Source: an uncultured Ectothiorhodospiraceae bacterium
GTDB lineage: Bacteria > Pseudomonadota > Gammaproteobacteria > UBA9214
NCBI GenBank assembly: GCA_947258515.1
Contig: CAMYIO010000033.1
Span: 609-64,608 of the forward strand
Direction: 5' to 3'
DNA length: 64,000 nucleotides
The notes beneath the pieces were generated by a model, which did no database searches, had not been told where the DNA came from, and saw nothing but the letters and a program-made list of their open reading frames with translations. Each line of letters opens with the position of its first letter. Positions within the stretch are counted from its first letter, which is position 1. A program made the position numbers and the translations under genes. Below are positions 29,708 to 41,064 of the stretch, one piece after another.

Positions 29708-32200
29708 ATGAACTACATCATAAATTCCATCATGCATCTCGTCCTGCATCGATACGGGGCAGTGTTGCTTGCCAGCGCCATGCTTTCCGCCTGTGGCGGT
29801 GAAAGCACGACTGAAAATCCGCAGACATTTACCACCATGACGTCCAGTTATTCCGGCCCGGCAGCAACGACGGCCGATGTACAGGCATTCAGGCTGAATG
29901 TCTGGGAGAACCTCAATAGACAGAATCGTTGTGGTGCCTGCCACGGTAGCGGCGGTCAGTCACCCACATTCGTACGCATGGATGACGTCAACCTCGCCTA
30001 TGCCGAGGCGAACAGCATCGTTGACCTCGCCAACCCGGCCAGTTCACGCATGGTAACCAAGGTAGCAGGCGGTCATAACTGCTGGCTGGACAGTGACAGT
30101 GCCTGTGGTGATGTCATCACGGCCTATATCACCGCCTGGGCCGGTGGGGTCGCCGGTGGCGGAAATATTATTGAACTCGTTGCACCCCCGCTGCGAGACC
30201 CGGGTGACAGCAAAAGTTTTCCCGACGACTCGGGCCTGTTCGCCACTACCGTGCATCCCTTGCTAACGGCTCATTGTGCCAGCTGCCATGTGGATTCGGC
30301 CGCCAATGCACAGTCTCCCTTCTTTGCGGACAGTGACGCGGACACAGCCTACGAGGCCGCCAAACCCAGGATTGACCTGGATAATCCCGCGAACTCACGT
30401 TTCGTGCTGCGGCTGCGTGAAGAATTTCATAATTGCTGGACATCTAACTGCCTGAATGACGCTGACACCATGGAAGCAGCCATCGCCGCCTTCGCTGCAC
30501 AAATCCCGGTGACGCAAATCGATTCACAGCTTGTCACCAGCAAGGCCCTGACATTACCCGACGGTATCGTTGCCAGTGGTGGTAGCCGCCATGAACAGAA
30601 TGTCATCGCGCTGTACCAGTTTAAAACCGGGCAGGGAAACACCGCGTTCGACACCAGTGGCGTCGAACCGGGCATGCACCTGACACTGAGCGGCAACACC
30701 GGCTGGGTGGGTGGCTGGGGACTCGATATCACCAATGGCAGGGCGCAGGCCTCGACGACAACCAGCCGCAAGCTGCATGAACTGATTACCGCCACCGGTG
30801 AATACACCATTGAAGCCTGGGTGGTAGCAGCCAACGTCACCCAGGAAGGTCCGGCACGCATTATCAGTTACTCAGCCGGAACCACTGTGCGTAATTTCAC
30901 CCTCGGGCAAACGCAGTACAACTACAATTTCCTGCAGCGCAACACCAACACGGACCCCAATGGTGATCCCGCACTGTCTACTGCTGATGCCGATGAAGAC
31001 CTGCAGGCGACGCAACAGCATGTCGTGGCAACCTATGACCCGGTAAGGGGCCGCCGTATTTACGTGAATGGCATCTTTACCGGTGACAGTGACCCGGTTG
31101 CCGGCGGCAGCCTGATTGACTGGGATGACAGTTTTGCCTTCCTGCTGGGTAACGAGGTCTCCGGTGACCGCCAGTGGCAGGGCCGGTTGCGGCTGGTAGC
31201 CATCCATAACCGTGTCCTCACCAATGCACAAATCATGCAGAACTTTGAAGCAGGTGTTGGTGAGAAATTCTTTTTACTGTTTAACGTCAGTGATCATAGC
31301 GGCATTGCGGACTCCTATGTCATGTTACAGGTCAGCCAGTTCGACAACTACAGCTATCTGTTCAATGACCCGTTATTCATCATCCTCGATGCCGATGCCA
31401 CGCCAGACAATATCCCGGTGGCGGGCATGCGCATCGGAATCAACGGCAAGGAGGCGAGCGTCGGTCAGGCCTATCAGCATCTGGATACCACTCTCAGCAG
31501 TGCACAGTATCAACCCGGCATGGGCCAGAAACTGTCCGTACTGGGGACCATTATTGCACTGGAAAAAGGTCCTGAATCAGACGAATTCTTTCTAACCTTC
31601 GAGGTGTTTGGAAACAGTACCCATGTTGTACTTGAGCCACAGCCACTGCAGCCCGGCACACCGCCCGATCTGCCGGAAGCCGCAGATGTCGGACTGCGTA
31701 ATTTTGACGAGATCAATGCCACTATGGCCACCATTACCCGCGTCAGTCCTGAACAGGAAGATGTAGACGATGTATTCGAAACCGTCAGGCAACAGCTGCC
31801 CACCGTTGAAAATATCGAGGGGTTTCTCTCGGCACACCAGATGGCAGTCTCGCAAATGGCCATCGAATACTGCAACGCGCTGGTAGATAACAACGGCAAC
31901 GTGCTGCGCACGGACTATTTTCCGCAGTTTGATTTCAACGAGACGGCAGACAATGCCTTTAATACAGCCGCCCAACGTGACAAGGTCATCCTGCCACTGC
32001 TCAACAGGGTAATGAATACCGGGTTAACAACACAGCCCGACCCCGCACAGGTCATCAGCGAACTTGACGACCTGATACTCATCCTGACTGCCTGCGCCAA
32101 TGGTCCTTCGCCGGGTTGCGCGACAGTGACACGTACGCGGGAAGTCGTGAAGGCGACCTGTGCCGCCATGCTTGGCAGTGCCGCCATGCTGATTCAATAG
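29708..32200 (+). CDS. Lipoprotein with two CxxCH domains and a LamG/concanavalin-like domain
   Basis: Lipobox LSAC; CGACH, CASCH; YTIEAWV, QHVVATYD, IYVNG, LVAIHNRVL. Confidence 0.8.
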   Translation: MNYIINSIMHLVLHRYGAVLLASAMLSACGGESTTENPQTFTTMTSSYSGPAATTADVQAFRLNVWENLNRQNRCGACHGSGGQSPTFVRMDDVNLAYAEANSIVDLANPASSRMVTKVAGGHNCWLDSDSACGDVITAYITAWAGGVAGGGNIIELVAPPLRDPGDSKSFPDDSGLFATTVHPLLTAHCASCHVDSAANAQSPFFADSDADTAYEAAKPRIDLDNPANSRFVLRLREEFHNCWTSNCLNDADTMEAAIAAFAAQIPVTQIDSQLVTSKALTLPDGIVASGGSRHEQNVIALYQFKTGQGNTAFDTSGVEPGMHLTLSGNTGWVGGWGLDITNGRAQASTTTSRKLHELITATGEYTIEAWVVAANVTQEGPARIISYSAGTTVRNFTLGQTQYNYNFLQRNTNTDPNGDPALSTADADEDLQATQQHVVATYDPVRGRRIYVNGIFTGDSDPVAGGSLIDWDDSFAFLLGNEVSGDRQWQGRLRLVAIHNRVLTNAQIMQNFEAGVGEKFFLLFNVSDHSGIADSYVMLQVSQFDNYSYLFNDPLFIILDADATPDNIPVAGMRIGINGKEASVGQAYQHLDTTLSSAQYQPGMGQKLSVLGTIIALEKGPESDEFFLTFEVFGNSTHVVLEPQPLQPGTPPDLPEAADVGLRNFDEINATMATITRVSPEQEDVDDVFETVRQQLPTVENIEGFLSAHQMAVSQMAIEYCNALVDNNGNVLRTDYFPQFDFNETADNAFNTAAQRDKVILPLLNRVMNTGLTTQPDPAQVISELDDLILILTACANGPSPGCATVTRTREVVKATCAAMLGSAAMLIQ

Positions 32201-32220
32201 AACACTACCGGGAGTATTGC

Positions 32221-33819
32221 ATGGCCAGAAAATCCAACCACCGTCGACTGAATGAACCCCTGCGCCTGAATGATCATGGCCGCCCGATCAGCCGCCGTGA
32301 CTTGCTGGGGCAGGGGCTTCTTTCAGGGCTTGGCCTCGTGACCGCACCGACGTTCTTCGGCCTGTTCGCCAATCCGCGCAGGGCCGCCGCGGACCTGTCC
32401 CCGGATCTGGAGGCGTTGAAGACCAGCTGCGGCATCAAGTCCCTCGGCGCCGGTAAAATTCCGTTTATCTGTTTTGACCTGGCCGGGGGTGCGAATATCG
32501 CAGGCTCCAACGTACTGGTCGGGAAACAGGACGGGCAACTGGATTCCCTGAGCACCGCCGGTTACAGCAAACTGGGGTTACCGGGTGACATGACACCGGA
32601 CTCGATAAATCCGCTGACAGGCAACAGTTTCATTAACACGGACTTCGGGCTCGGCTTTCATGCCAGCAGTGCGATGCTGCAGGGCATTCAGGAAAAGGCG
32701 CTGGGCCGCAGCACTGAAATCAATGGTGCCGTGATCCCCGCGCGCTCGGATAACGACACCGCTAACAACCCGCACAATCCCATGTATGGCATCGCGCGTG
32801 CCGGTGCAGATGGCAGCCTGTTGTCTCTGATCGGCTCCAGGAGTTCCGACTCCGGCGGAAACTCCATGGCACCGGCCATGCTGATTGATCCCTCGATCCG
32901 TCCCACCAAGGTTGACCGTCCGTCCGATGTCACGGGCATGGTGGATACCGGCCAGTTGATCGGCGTGCTCAGCCAGGATGACGCGGTTGCCGTGATGGAG
33001 TCCATCGAACGCATCAGCCGGATGAAACTCGACCAGGTCGATACCCGGGTCACGGCGGATGCCATAGTCAAGGACCTGGTGCAATGTGGCTATGTGAAGG
33101 CGGCAGACATTGCCGACCGTTTTGGTGACCCGACCACGCTTGATCCGGCGCTCGATCCTGACATTGTCGGGCCTGGCGGGATATTCGATCAGACCGAATT
33201 CAACAATGACAGCGAGTTTCGCAAAACCGCTTCCGTCATGAAAATGGTCATCAATGGTTTTGCCGGTGCCGGAACAATCACCCTGGGTGGCTATGATTAC
33301 CACACCGGCGATCGCGCCAGCGGTGAATTGCGCGATCTGCGTGCCGGGCGCTGCATCGGCGCCTGTCTGGAGTATGCTGCACGCGCCAACAATGGCAACG
33401 GTGTACCTTTGATGGTCTACGTATTCAGTGATGGTTCCGTATTCAGCAACGGCATGACAGATGACACCCAGACGGGTGGCGGCAAGGGCGTCTGGACCGG
33501 TGATAACTCTTCAACCGCCGCGTCATTCTTTCTTGTCTACAATCCAGGATCAAGGCCACAATTGCTCGGCGCAGACATGGTTGAACGGGCCGTACACCAG
33601 CAGCTGGGGCATTTCCGCAGTGACGGTTCTGTAGAAACCAATGCCACACCGGCCGCCAACCAGGTCAACCTGCTGGTCGAGACCGTGATACTGAATTACA
33701 TGGTACTGCATGGCGAGCAGGCTAACTTCACGAGCCTGTTCCCGAACCATGGCCTCGGTAATGCTGCACTCATGGACAAACTGACCGCGTTCAATCCCAT
33801 TGTTTCCGGGACGATATAG
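32221..33819 (+). CDS. Tat-exported protein of unknown function (DUF1501-like)
   Basis: Twin-arginine ISRRDLLGQG signal; FDLAGGAN, GGYDYH, VFSDG motifs; no polytopic TM segments. Confidence 0.7.
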   Translation: MARKSNHRRLNEPLRLNDHGRPISRRDLLGQGLLSGLGLVTAPTFFGLFANPRRAAADLSPDLEALKTSCGIKSLGAGKIPFICFDLAGGANIAGSNVLVGKQDGQLDSLSTAGYSKLGLPGDMTPDSINPLTGNSFINTDFGLGFHASSAMLQGIQEKALGRSTEINGAVIPARSDNDTANNPHNPMYGIARAGADGSLLSLIGSRSSDSGGNSMAPAMLIDPSIRPTKVDRPSDVTGMVDTGQLIGVLSQDDAVAVMESIERISRMKLDQVDTRVTADAIVKDLVQCGYVKAADIADRFGDPTTLDPALDPDIVGPGGIFDQTEFNNDSEFRKTASVMKMVINGFAGAGTITLGGYDYHTGDRASGELRDLRAGRCIGACLEYAARANNGNGVPLMVYVFSDGSVFSNGMTDDTQTGGGKGVWTGDNSSTAASFFLVYNPGSRPQLLGADMVERAVHQQLGHFRSDGSVETNATPAANQVNLLVETVILNYMVLHGEQANFTSLFPNHGLGNAALMDKLTAFNPIVSGTI

Positions 33820-33824
33820 GCATC

Positions 33825-34853
33825 ATGACCCACCCGCACAGTCTCATGCCATCCAGGCCCCACACGATTAACAATCGGGCACGTCATGTACGCCTTTTAA
33901 TACTGTCCATACTGATGCTATTGCCACTCGATGCCAGCGCCGGCTGGATCCGCCAGGAAGCCGCCATCATGGGCACGGCCATCAATGTTGAACTCTGGCA
34001 TGAAGACGCTGCACAGGGCAGGGCCCTGACACAGGCGGTACTGGACGAAATGCATCGCATCGACAATTTGATGAGTACCTACAAGCCTGACAGCGAGCTG
34101 TCCTTAATCAATGCCAATGCCGCCGACGGACCGGTTACCGTCAGCACGGAACTGTTGTCTCTGATCATACGCGCGCTGGATTACTCTGTAATTACGGCTG
34201 GCGCCTTTGATATCACCTATGCCAGTGCAGGACAGTACTATGATTACCGGAACGCTAAAAAACCCAGCGACAGGCAACTCGAGCAGGCATTGCCTGCCAT
34301 CAATTACCGTCACGTAAAGATTGACCCGCAAAGCTCCAGCATTGAATTCATGCGCCAGGGTGTACGCATAGACCTTGGCGGCATAGCAAAGGGCTATGCC
34401 GTTGATCGCAGCATGGAAATACTGCGAAGTGGCGGCGTCGAAAATGCCATTGTCAGTGCCGGTGGTGATTCGCGCGTCATCGGTAAGCGCCGGGACAGGC
34501 CCTGGAATGTCGGCATCCGCCATCCTCGCAACAAGGACAGTATCGTCTCGATGATTCCGCTGGAAAATTCAGCCATCTCCACCTCCGGTGATTATGAACG
34601 CTATTTTGAAGAGGGCGGTGTGCGCTACCATCACATCCTCAACCCGGGCACGGGCACTTCGTCTCACGAGGTACACAGTTCCAGTATTATCGGGGCAGTG
34701 GCGACGGATACGGATGCACTGTCTACCAGTGTGTTTGTACTCGGCGTCAATGACGGTCTGCAGTTAATCAATTCCATACCTGATACCGAGGCCGTCATTA
34801 TCGACAACCAGGGACGTATGCATTATTCCACCGGTCTCGCACAGCTCCAGTAA
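33825..34853 (+). CDS. apbE: FAD:protein FMN transferase
   Basis: IMGT, GAFDIT, IDLGGIAKGYAVD, AGGD, STSGDYER, YHHILNP, DALST. Confidence 0.95.
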   Translation: MTHPHSLMPSRPHTINNRARHVRLLILSILMLLPLDASAGWIRQEAAIMGTAINVELWHEDAAQGRALTQAVLDEMHRIDNLMSTYKPDSELSLINANAADGPVTVSTELLSLIIRALDYSVITAGAFDITYASAGQYYDYRNAKKPSDRQLEQALPAINYRHVKIDPQSSSIEFMRQGVRIDLGGIAKGYAVDRSMEILRSGGVENAIVSAGGDSRVIGKRRDRPWNVGIRHPRNKDSIVSMIPLENSAISTSGDYERYFEEGGVRYHHILNPGTGTSSHEVHSSSIIGAVATDTDALSTSVFVLGVNDGLQLINSIPDTEAVIIDNQGRMHYSTGLAQLQ

Positions 34854-34870
34854 CATTTTTTGAATTCACA

Positions 34871-34940
34871 TGTAGGAGCGCCGTCCCCGGCGCGATTGTT
34901 TTTTCATGATTCGAATCGCGGCGAGGACGCCGCTCCTACA
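34871..34940. repeat. GTAG-family REP doublet
   Basis: Same two arms as 22301-22375 with a different spacer. Confidence 0.85.
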
Positions 34941-35083
34941 GACGTGTCTTTGTAGCACAGGAACGGACCGCTCCCGCGATCAAGAACTGTGATGCTCCGC
35001 GCATCCTCTTGATGCGAAATTCAGCACACTTGTAACAGGCTGCCAGTCGGCAGTCGCTGCTGTGTTTACGGAGGCCGCATGTC

Positions 35084-35638
35084 ATGTCCCTGAAATGCCA
35101 TTTTCCTGTTCCGTTCCGTTTCTGGATAGTACTGCTGATATTCTGCACTACCACAGTCGCCGCAGAGCCGGCCGCACAAACAGCCGGCACGACGGCAAGT
35201 CTCGATGAAGAAATCCAGTCCCTGAAGCAAGACGTGCTGGCGCTCAACCGGGAACTGTTCATCCTTGAAGAAGAACTGCTGTACCCTGCAAACACCCAGG
35301 TCGCGGTGTTTCTGTCTCTCGACATCGGCGAGTTTTTCAGCCTTGACTCGGTACAACTGAAGATCGACGACAATGTGGTCAGCAACTATCTCTATACGCA
35401 ACGCGAGGTAGACGCCCTGCACCAGGGCGGTGTCCAGCGCCTCTACATGGGCAACCTTAAGGCCGGTGAACACGAGCTGGTTGCCATCTTCACGGGCCAG
35501 GGACCCAATGGCCGGGAATACCGTCGTGGCGCCAACCATATCATCACCAAGACACTCGGGGCCCGATTCATTGAACTGAAAATTGTCGATAACGACAGCA
35601 GCGAGCAGCCTGATTTCAGCATCAGGGAATGGGAATAA
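35084..35638 (+). CDS. Exported protein with N-terminal coiled coil and beta-sandwich, unknown function
   Basis: Signal peptide; LNRELFILEEELLYP; GGVQRLYMGNL..GEH; first gene of the TPR/ExbBD run. Confidence 0.75.
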   Translation: MSLKCHFPVPFRFWIVLLIFCTTTVAAEPAAQTAGTTASLDEEIQSLKQDVLALNRELFILEEELLYPANTQVAVFLSLDIGEFFSLDSVQLKIDDNVVSNYLYTQREVDALHQGGVQRLYMGNLKAGEHELVAIFTGQGPNGREYRRGANHIITKTLGARFIELKIVDNDSSEQPDFSIREWE

Positions 35639-37515
35639 GCAGCATGCCGGTTTTCACCTGCTCACGGCTGTTGCTGCTGTGTCTGATCGTGATCACACCC
35701 TCACTTGACGCAGCGGATGCACCGCCGTCAGCGGTCAAGGACCTGCAATACGGCGAGGTTCTCTACCATTATTTCCAGCAGGACTACTTCAACAGCATCG
35801 TGCGCCTGCAGATTGCAAGGCAGCAGCAACGCCTGCCAAACCACGCGGCAGAGGCCGAACTGATGCTGGGTGGTCTCGACCTGTCCTATGGCCTCAGGGA
35901 CGAGGCCAACCACATTTTTCAACGCCTGCTCAGCGAGGAGACCAGCGATGTCAGCACGCGCAACCGTGCCTGGTTCTATCTTGCGAAGATCTCCTGGCAG
36001 CGCGGTGATATAAACGCGGCACTGCAGGCCATAGAACGTGTGCAGGGAACGATGACAGCCGCAACCCGCACAGCCACAGTCAACCTGCACAGCCTGCTGT
36101 TGCTGCAACAGGGTAACAACCAGGCGGCCATTAAGCTGTTGCAGGATGCACGCAGCGGCAAACGCTGGTCACCGTTCCTGAACTACAACCTCGGTATTGC
36201 CCTGATCCGGGAACAGCAACAGCAGCTGGGCGCGAAACAACTTGATCATATCGGTGATATCAATGGCCGCAACGAGGAGCTGCGCCTGCTGCGTGACAAG
36301 GCCAACCTGGCACTCGGCTACAGTTACCTGCAAGACGGCAATCCGGAAATGGCCCGCAAGACACTGGAGCGTGTACGTCTCGAAGGCCCGCTGTCGAACA
36401 GGGCATTGCTCGGCACCGGCTGGGCAGATACCGAAAGTGAAAACTATGCAGCGGCACTGGTGCCGTGGCTGGAGTTGAGCAGCCGTGACAGCACCGATCC
36501 GGCGGTACAGGAATCATTGCTGGCCATTCCCTATGCCATGACAAAGATGAACCTGCATGGACGCGCTGTAGAGCATTACAATGATGGCATCAGGCAGTTG
36601 ATCGAGGAACGACAGAAACTGGATCAATCCATCAGCGCCATCCACCAGGGCAGACTGCTGGATCTGCTGCAACAACACAACCTCGGCGCCGGCAACGGCT
36701 GGATGCAACAACTGCACCTCGACTCCGAGGCACCTGCGCTGCGCTACCAGCTCGCACTGATGTCATCGCACGACTTTCAGGAAGCTGTGAAGAATTACCG
36801 TGATCTCCTTGTATTACAAGTTAATCTATCCAGCTGGGAGAGCGCTATCGCCGCCTACGACGATATGCTCGCCGGCCGCCAGGCACGCTTTGAGACACAC
36901 CGCCCCGCAGCACAACAGGTACTGCAGGGCACGCGCCTGCAGCAACTGCAACAGCGCCGTGCCGCACTGGCCGAGAATCTTGCCCGCATCGGCATAATGG
37001 ACGATGCCGCCGCACTGGCGACCCCGGAAGAGGCCCGGCAGTGGCATCAACTGGCAACCATCGCTGAGCGACTGGCGCAGCTACCGGATAATCCCGATAC
37101 CGCGACATTGCACGACAAGCAGCAGCGCCTGCGTGGCCTGCTCATCTGGCAATTTCAGGAAGACTACAAACCACGCCTGTGGCAAGCCAGGAGGCAACTC
37201 GCCGAACTGGACACCCTGCTCAACGAGTCACAGCACGGCATCGACAGCCTGCAGCAGGCCAAAATCGATGCCCCGTCCGGTTTTGGCGATTTCAAACGGC
37301 GTATCGCCGCTAACAAGTCAACCATCGAGAAACTGTCAGCACAGACGGATACCACCCTGCTTGCACAAGGCAAGCAACTGGAGCATCTCGCCATCAATGA
37401 ACTGGAGCGTCAACAACAGCGTGTCGATGCCTATATCATCCAGGCACGTTTCGCGCTTGCGCAAACCTATGACAACGCCCTGCAGCAACCGGCAGTGGAG
37501 GGGAGCGTACAGTGA
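35629..37515 (+). CDS. Exported TPR/coiled-coil protein (GltC-like)
   Basis: Signal peptide, YGEVLYHYFQ, TPR helices, terminal ARFALAQTYD. Confidence 0.75.
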   Translation: MGISSMPVFTCSRLLLLCLIVITPSLDAADAPPSAVKDLQYGEVLYHYFQQDYFNSIVRLQIARQQQRLPNHAAEAELMLGGLDLSYGLRDEANHIFQRLLSEETSDVSTRNRAWFYLAKISWQRGDINAALQAIERVQGTMTAATRTATVNLHSLLLLQQGNNQAAIKLLQDARSGKRWSPFLNYNLGIALIREQQQQLGAKQLDHIGDINGRNEELRLLRDKANLALGYSYLQDGNPEMARKTLERVRLEGPLSNRALLGTGWADTESENYAAALVPWLELSSRDSTDPAVQESLLAIPYAMTKMNLHGRAVEHYNDGIRQLIEERQKLDQSISAIHQGRLLDLLQQHNLGAGNGWMQQLHLDSEAPALRYQLALMSSHDFQEAVKNYRDLLVLQVNLSSWESAIAAYDDMLAGRQARFETHRPAAQQVLQGTRLQQLQQRRAALAENLARIGIMDDAAALATPEEARQWHQLATIAERLAQLPDNPDTATLHDKQQRLRGLLIWQFQEDYKPRLWQARRQLAELDTLLNESQHGIDSLQQAKIDAPSGFGDFKRRIAANKSTIEKLSAQTDTTLLAQGKQLEHLAINELERQQQRVDAYIIQARFALAQTYDNALQQPAVEGSVQ

Positions 37516-40320
37516 AGCCCGTACTGCCTGTCATGGTGATGATGGCCGCCCTGTCAAGCGCCTGCTCAGTGCTGCACGGGGACAATGAGCCTACCATCGC
37601 GAGCCTCGGCAAACGCCCGGTAAAACTCGAGGACACACCGGTGTCAGCCAGTGAAGTGCAGGCGATCTCGGCCTACCGGTCCTTTCTTGACAGCGGTGAT
37701 GAATCGGATTCACGCCCGCACGCGATGCGCCGCATTGCCGACCTGAACCTGGAAAAAGAGGAACTGCCGCAAGCCGGGCAGACTACCCCGGACACCCCGT
37801 CGCTGCAGCCAATAGAGGCGCGCGAATCCATCGAACTGTACCAGAGCGTACTGTCACTCTATCCACAGCGCGCGGACAACGACTCGGTGCTCTATCAACT
37901 CGCACGCGCCTACGAGATGGATGGCCAGCCGCGACAATCGCTCGACACGCTGGCAACCCTCGTACAACACTACCCGCAGAGTCAATATGTGCTGGAAGCA
38001 CAGTTCAGGCGTGGCGAGATCCTGTTCGAGCAACGCGACTACGATAACGCAGAGCAGGCCTACCGCGCCGTGGTCAGCAGTGGCCCGGATAATTCGTTCT
38101 ACCGGCAATCGCTATACAAGAGCGGCTGGTGTTTTTTCAAGCTGTCAGAGCTGGATGAATCACTGGATGCCTTCATGGCACTCCTCGATCTGGAGCTGCA
38201 GGATACCGAAGCGGGTATTGCGCAACTCGATCAGCTGAGCCGTCCGCGGCGCGAACTGGCGCGAACTGGTGGATGACACCCTGCGCGTGGTCAGTCTGGG
38301 TTTCTCCTATGGGCAGGGTGCCGATGGCGTGTCCGAGTATTTCAAGCGACGCGGCACACGCCATTACGAATACATCATCTACGACAACCTTGGCCTGCTG
38401 TACCTGCAGAAGGAACGTTATAACGACGCCGCACAAACCTTCCAGGCGTTTGTGACACAAAACCCCATACATCGCCTGGCGCCCGGCTTCCAGATGCGCG
38501 TTATCGAGACCTATCAGCAAGGCAACTTCCCGACACTGGTACTGGAAAGCAAGGAGGCACTGGTCGATCAGTACAACCTGCAGAGTGAGTACTGGCAGCA
38601 TTACTCGCCAGAGGACAACCCGCAGGTACTGGATTACCTGAAGCTGGCCATGACTGACCTGTCCCGTCACTACCATGCACTGGCGCAGAAGGACAAGAAG
38701 CCGCAGGACTACCAGCAGGCCGCACACTGGTACCGGCGCTACCTGGGTTCATTCAGGGAGGATGCGGACGCGCCGCAGATGAATTTCCTGCTGGCCGAAC
38801 TGTTATTTGAATCCGGTGACTACCAGCAGGCCGCACTGGAATACGAAATTACCGCCTACGACTACGCCCCTCACGAGAACGCAGCAGCTGCCGGTTATGC
38901 GGCGGTACTCGCCTATGACAAACAGGAAGAGCGCCTGACAGGCAGCGCACAACAGGCGTGGCACCGGCAGTCTATCGAGTATGCCATCCGCTTTGCCAGC
39001 ACCTTCCCCCGGCATCCGCAGGCCATGGCTGTCCTTACCCGCAGCAGCGAACAGCTGCTGGCCAGCGGTGACCAGGAACGGGCAATACAGGTTGCGCAGT
39101 CAGTCATTGCCAGCGAGCAGGCCAGTGCCGTCCAGCAACGGGTTGCCTGGACGGTACAGGCACATGCCTACTTCGAGCAGGGAGATTTCCTGCAGGCTGA
39201 GGCCGCCTACCAGCAGGTACGCCAGCGCATGCCACGGGATAACAAGGAGTATGACAATATAAATGAGCGACTTGCCGCATCTATCTATAAACAGGGAGAA
39301 GCTGCGCAGGCGGCCGGTGAAACCGCCGACGCCGTCGCCCATTTCCGGCGGGTGCGTGAAGCCACACCCACGGCCTCCATCGTGGCCACCGCCGAATTCG
39401 ATGCGGCTGCCGGATTATTGTCACTACAACAATGGTCACAGGCTGCCGCCATGCTGGACCGTTTCCGCAACAGCTACCCGAATGATCCACGCCAGGACGA
39501 GGTAACGCGACGCCTCGCCACGGCTTACCTGGCCGAGGAGCAACCGCTGCAGGCCGCCCGCGAGTTCGAACGCATCGGCACCAGCCATGAGGACCCGACA
39601 TTGCGGCGTGAGGCACTCTGGCAAGCAGCGGAACTGTATACCGCGGCCGGCCAGCCGAACGAGTCCGTCGTGGCATACCAGCGCTACATCCAGCAATTTC
39701 CGCAACCCGTTGAACCAGCCGTCGAGGCACGGCAACGGATCGCTACACATTACGCGGCCAGCAACAACCTGGCGGAACAGCAGCGCTGGTTGAAGGACAT
39801 CATCAGGGCGGACCGGCAGGCGGGCAAGCAACGCAGTGACCGCACCCGCTATCTTGCCGCGCGCGCACAACTGACGCTTGCTGATAATGCCCATGAAAAC
39901 TACCGTCGCGCAAGACTGGTCCTGCCATTGAAGAAAAGCCTCGCTGTCAAGAAGCGCCTGATGCAATCGGCCATGCAGCAATACGAACAGGCCGCCGCTT
40001 ACCAGGTCGCCGAAGTCACCACGGCGGCCACCTTTCAAACGGCGCAGATCTATACGGAACTGGGCGTCGCCTTGCTGCAATCACAGCGACCGGCGAACCT
40101 GAGCGGCGAGCCCCTGGAGCAATACAACATTCTGCTGGAAGAACAGGCCTATCCGTTTGAAGAGCAGGCCATCACGCTGCATGAGACCAATGTGCAACGC
40201 ATCGAGTCCGGTCTGTACAACGCCTGGATCGAAAAAAGCCTGCAACAACTCGCGCAACTGGTGCCGGCCCGGTATGCCAAACTGGAAAGAGGGGCGCCCT
40301 ATGTCACCGCACTTAAATAA
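37512..40320 (+). pseudogene. Large TPR lipoprotein (GltD/AgmU-like), frameshifted by a 10-bp tandem duplication
   Basis: GGCGCGAACT occurs twice at 38248-38267; removing one copy fuses the 254-aa and 683-aa ORFs (RPRRELVDDTLRV); C-terminal LLEEQAYPFEEQAI. Confidence 0.85.
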
Positions 40321-40324
40321 AGCA

Positions 40325-40446
40325 CCCTACCTCCATAGCTGCATTCCCTCTTTCCCAGGAGAGGGCCACGACTGCAGGGATGCAGGAGGTAGGGCACCAA
40401 AAGCAGGCGCTTTAGCGACGCATGGCGCAGTTGCCGAGGGAGAGGG
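40325..40446. repeat. Structured intergenic MITE/REP-like element
   Basis: CCCTACCTCC/GGAGGTAGGG inverted pair; GGAGAGGG direct repeats at 40358-40365 and 40439-40446. Confidence 0.5.
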
Positions 40447-40455
40447 GAAAGACAG

Positions 40456-41064
40456 ATGAAGTTGAAACATGCGCTGGCACTGCTATTCATTGCCATCTGC
40501 CTGCTGCTAATAAATGGCTGCACGAACACCCGCAGCCATCAACCGGCGCTCATTGCAACGCCCACGGCAGACATTAAATCCGGGTATCAAAGCGCACTGC
40601 TAGCGATGCAGGCCGAACAATGGCAGCCAGCCCGCGAGCAACTCACTGAAATAACGACCCAACAACCCTCACTCTCCGGACCCTGGGTCAACCTGGGTAT
40701 CACCCGGACCATGCTCGGTGATCACGCCGGTGCCGAGAGCGCCTTCAAGAAAGCTATCGATACCAACAGCCGGAATATCGAGGCCTACAACCAGCTCGGC
40801 ATGCTCTACCGGCGTCACAGCCGTCTCGATGAAGCGCAATTCATCTACGAGGAAGCGCTGCGACGCGACCCGGACAACAGCAACATCCATTGGAACCTTG
40901 GCATCCTCTATGACCGCTACCTGCCGAATCCGCGCCAGGCCTTGCAGCACTACCAGCGCTACCAGAAGCTCACCGCGTCCGACGATCCCCGCTTACTGGC
41001 ATGGATTGCCGAACTGGAGGCACGCAATCCCGGCGACAACGTGACTGCGAAGGTAAAACCATGA
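40456..41064 (+). CDS. TPR lipoprotein (GltE/AglT-like)
   Basis: Lipobox INGC; PWVNLG, AYNQLG, HWNLGILYDRY TPR motifs. Confidence 0.8.
   Translation: MKLKHALALLFIAICLLLINGCTNTRSHQPALIATPTADIKSGYQSALLAMQAEQWQPAREQLTEITTQQPSLSGPWVNLGITRTMLGDHAGAESAFKKAIDTNSRNIEAYNQLGMLYRRHSRLDEAQFIYEEALRRDPDNSNIHWNLGILYDRYLPNPRQALQHYQRYQKLTASDDPRLLAWIAELEARNPGDNVTAKVKP

Noticed and set aside
32221-33819. Type II secretion GspF label that I recall being attached to this family
   Set aside because: Tat signal and a soluble body; none of the TM architecture of GspF and no gsp genes adjacent
35084-35638. AraC-type regulator label that I recall for similar proteins
   Set aside because: Has a signal peptide and no helix-turn-helix
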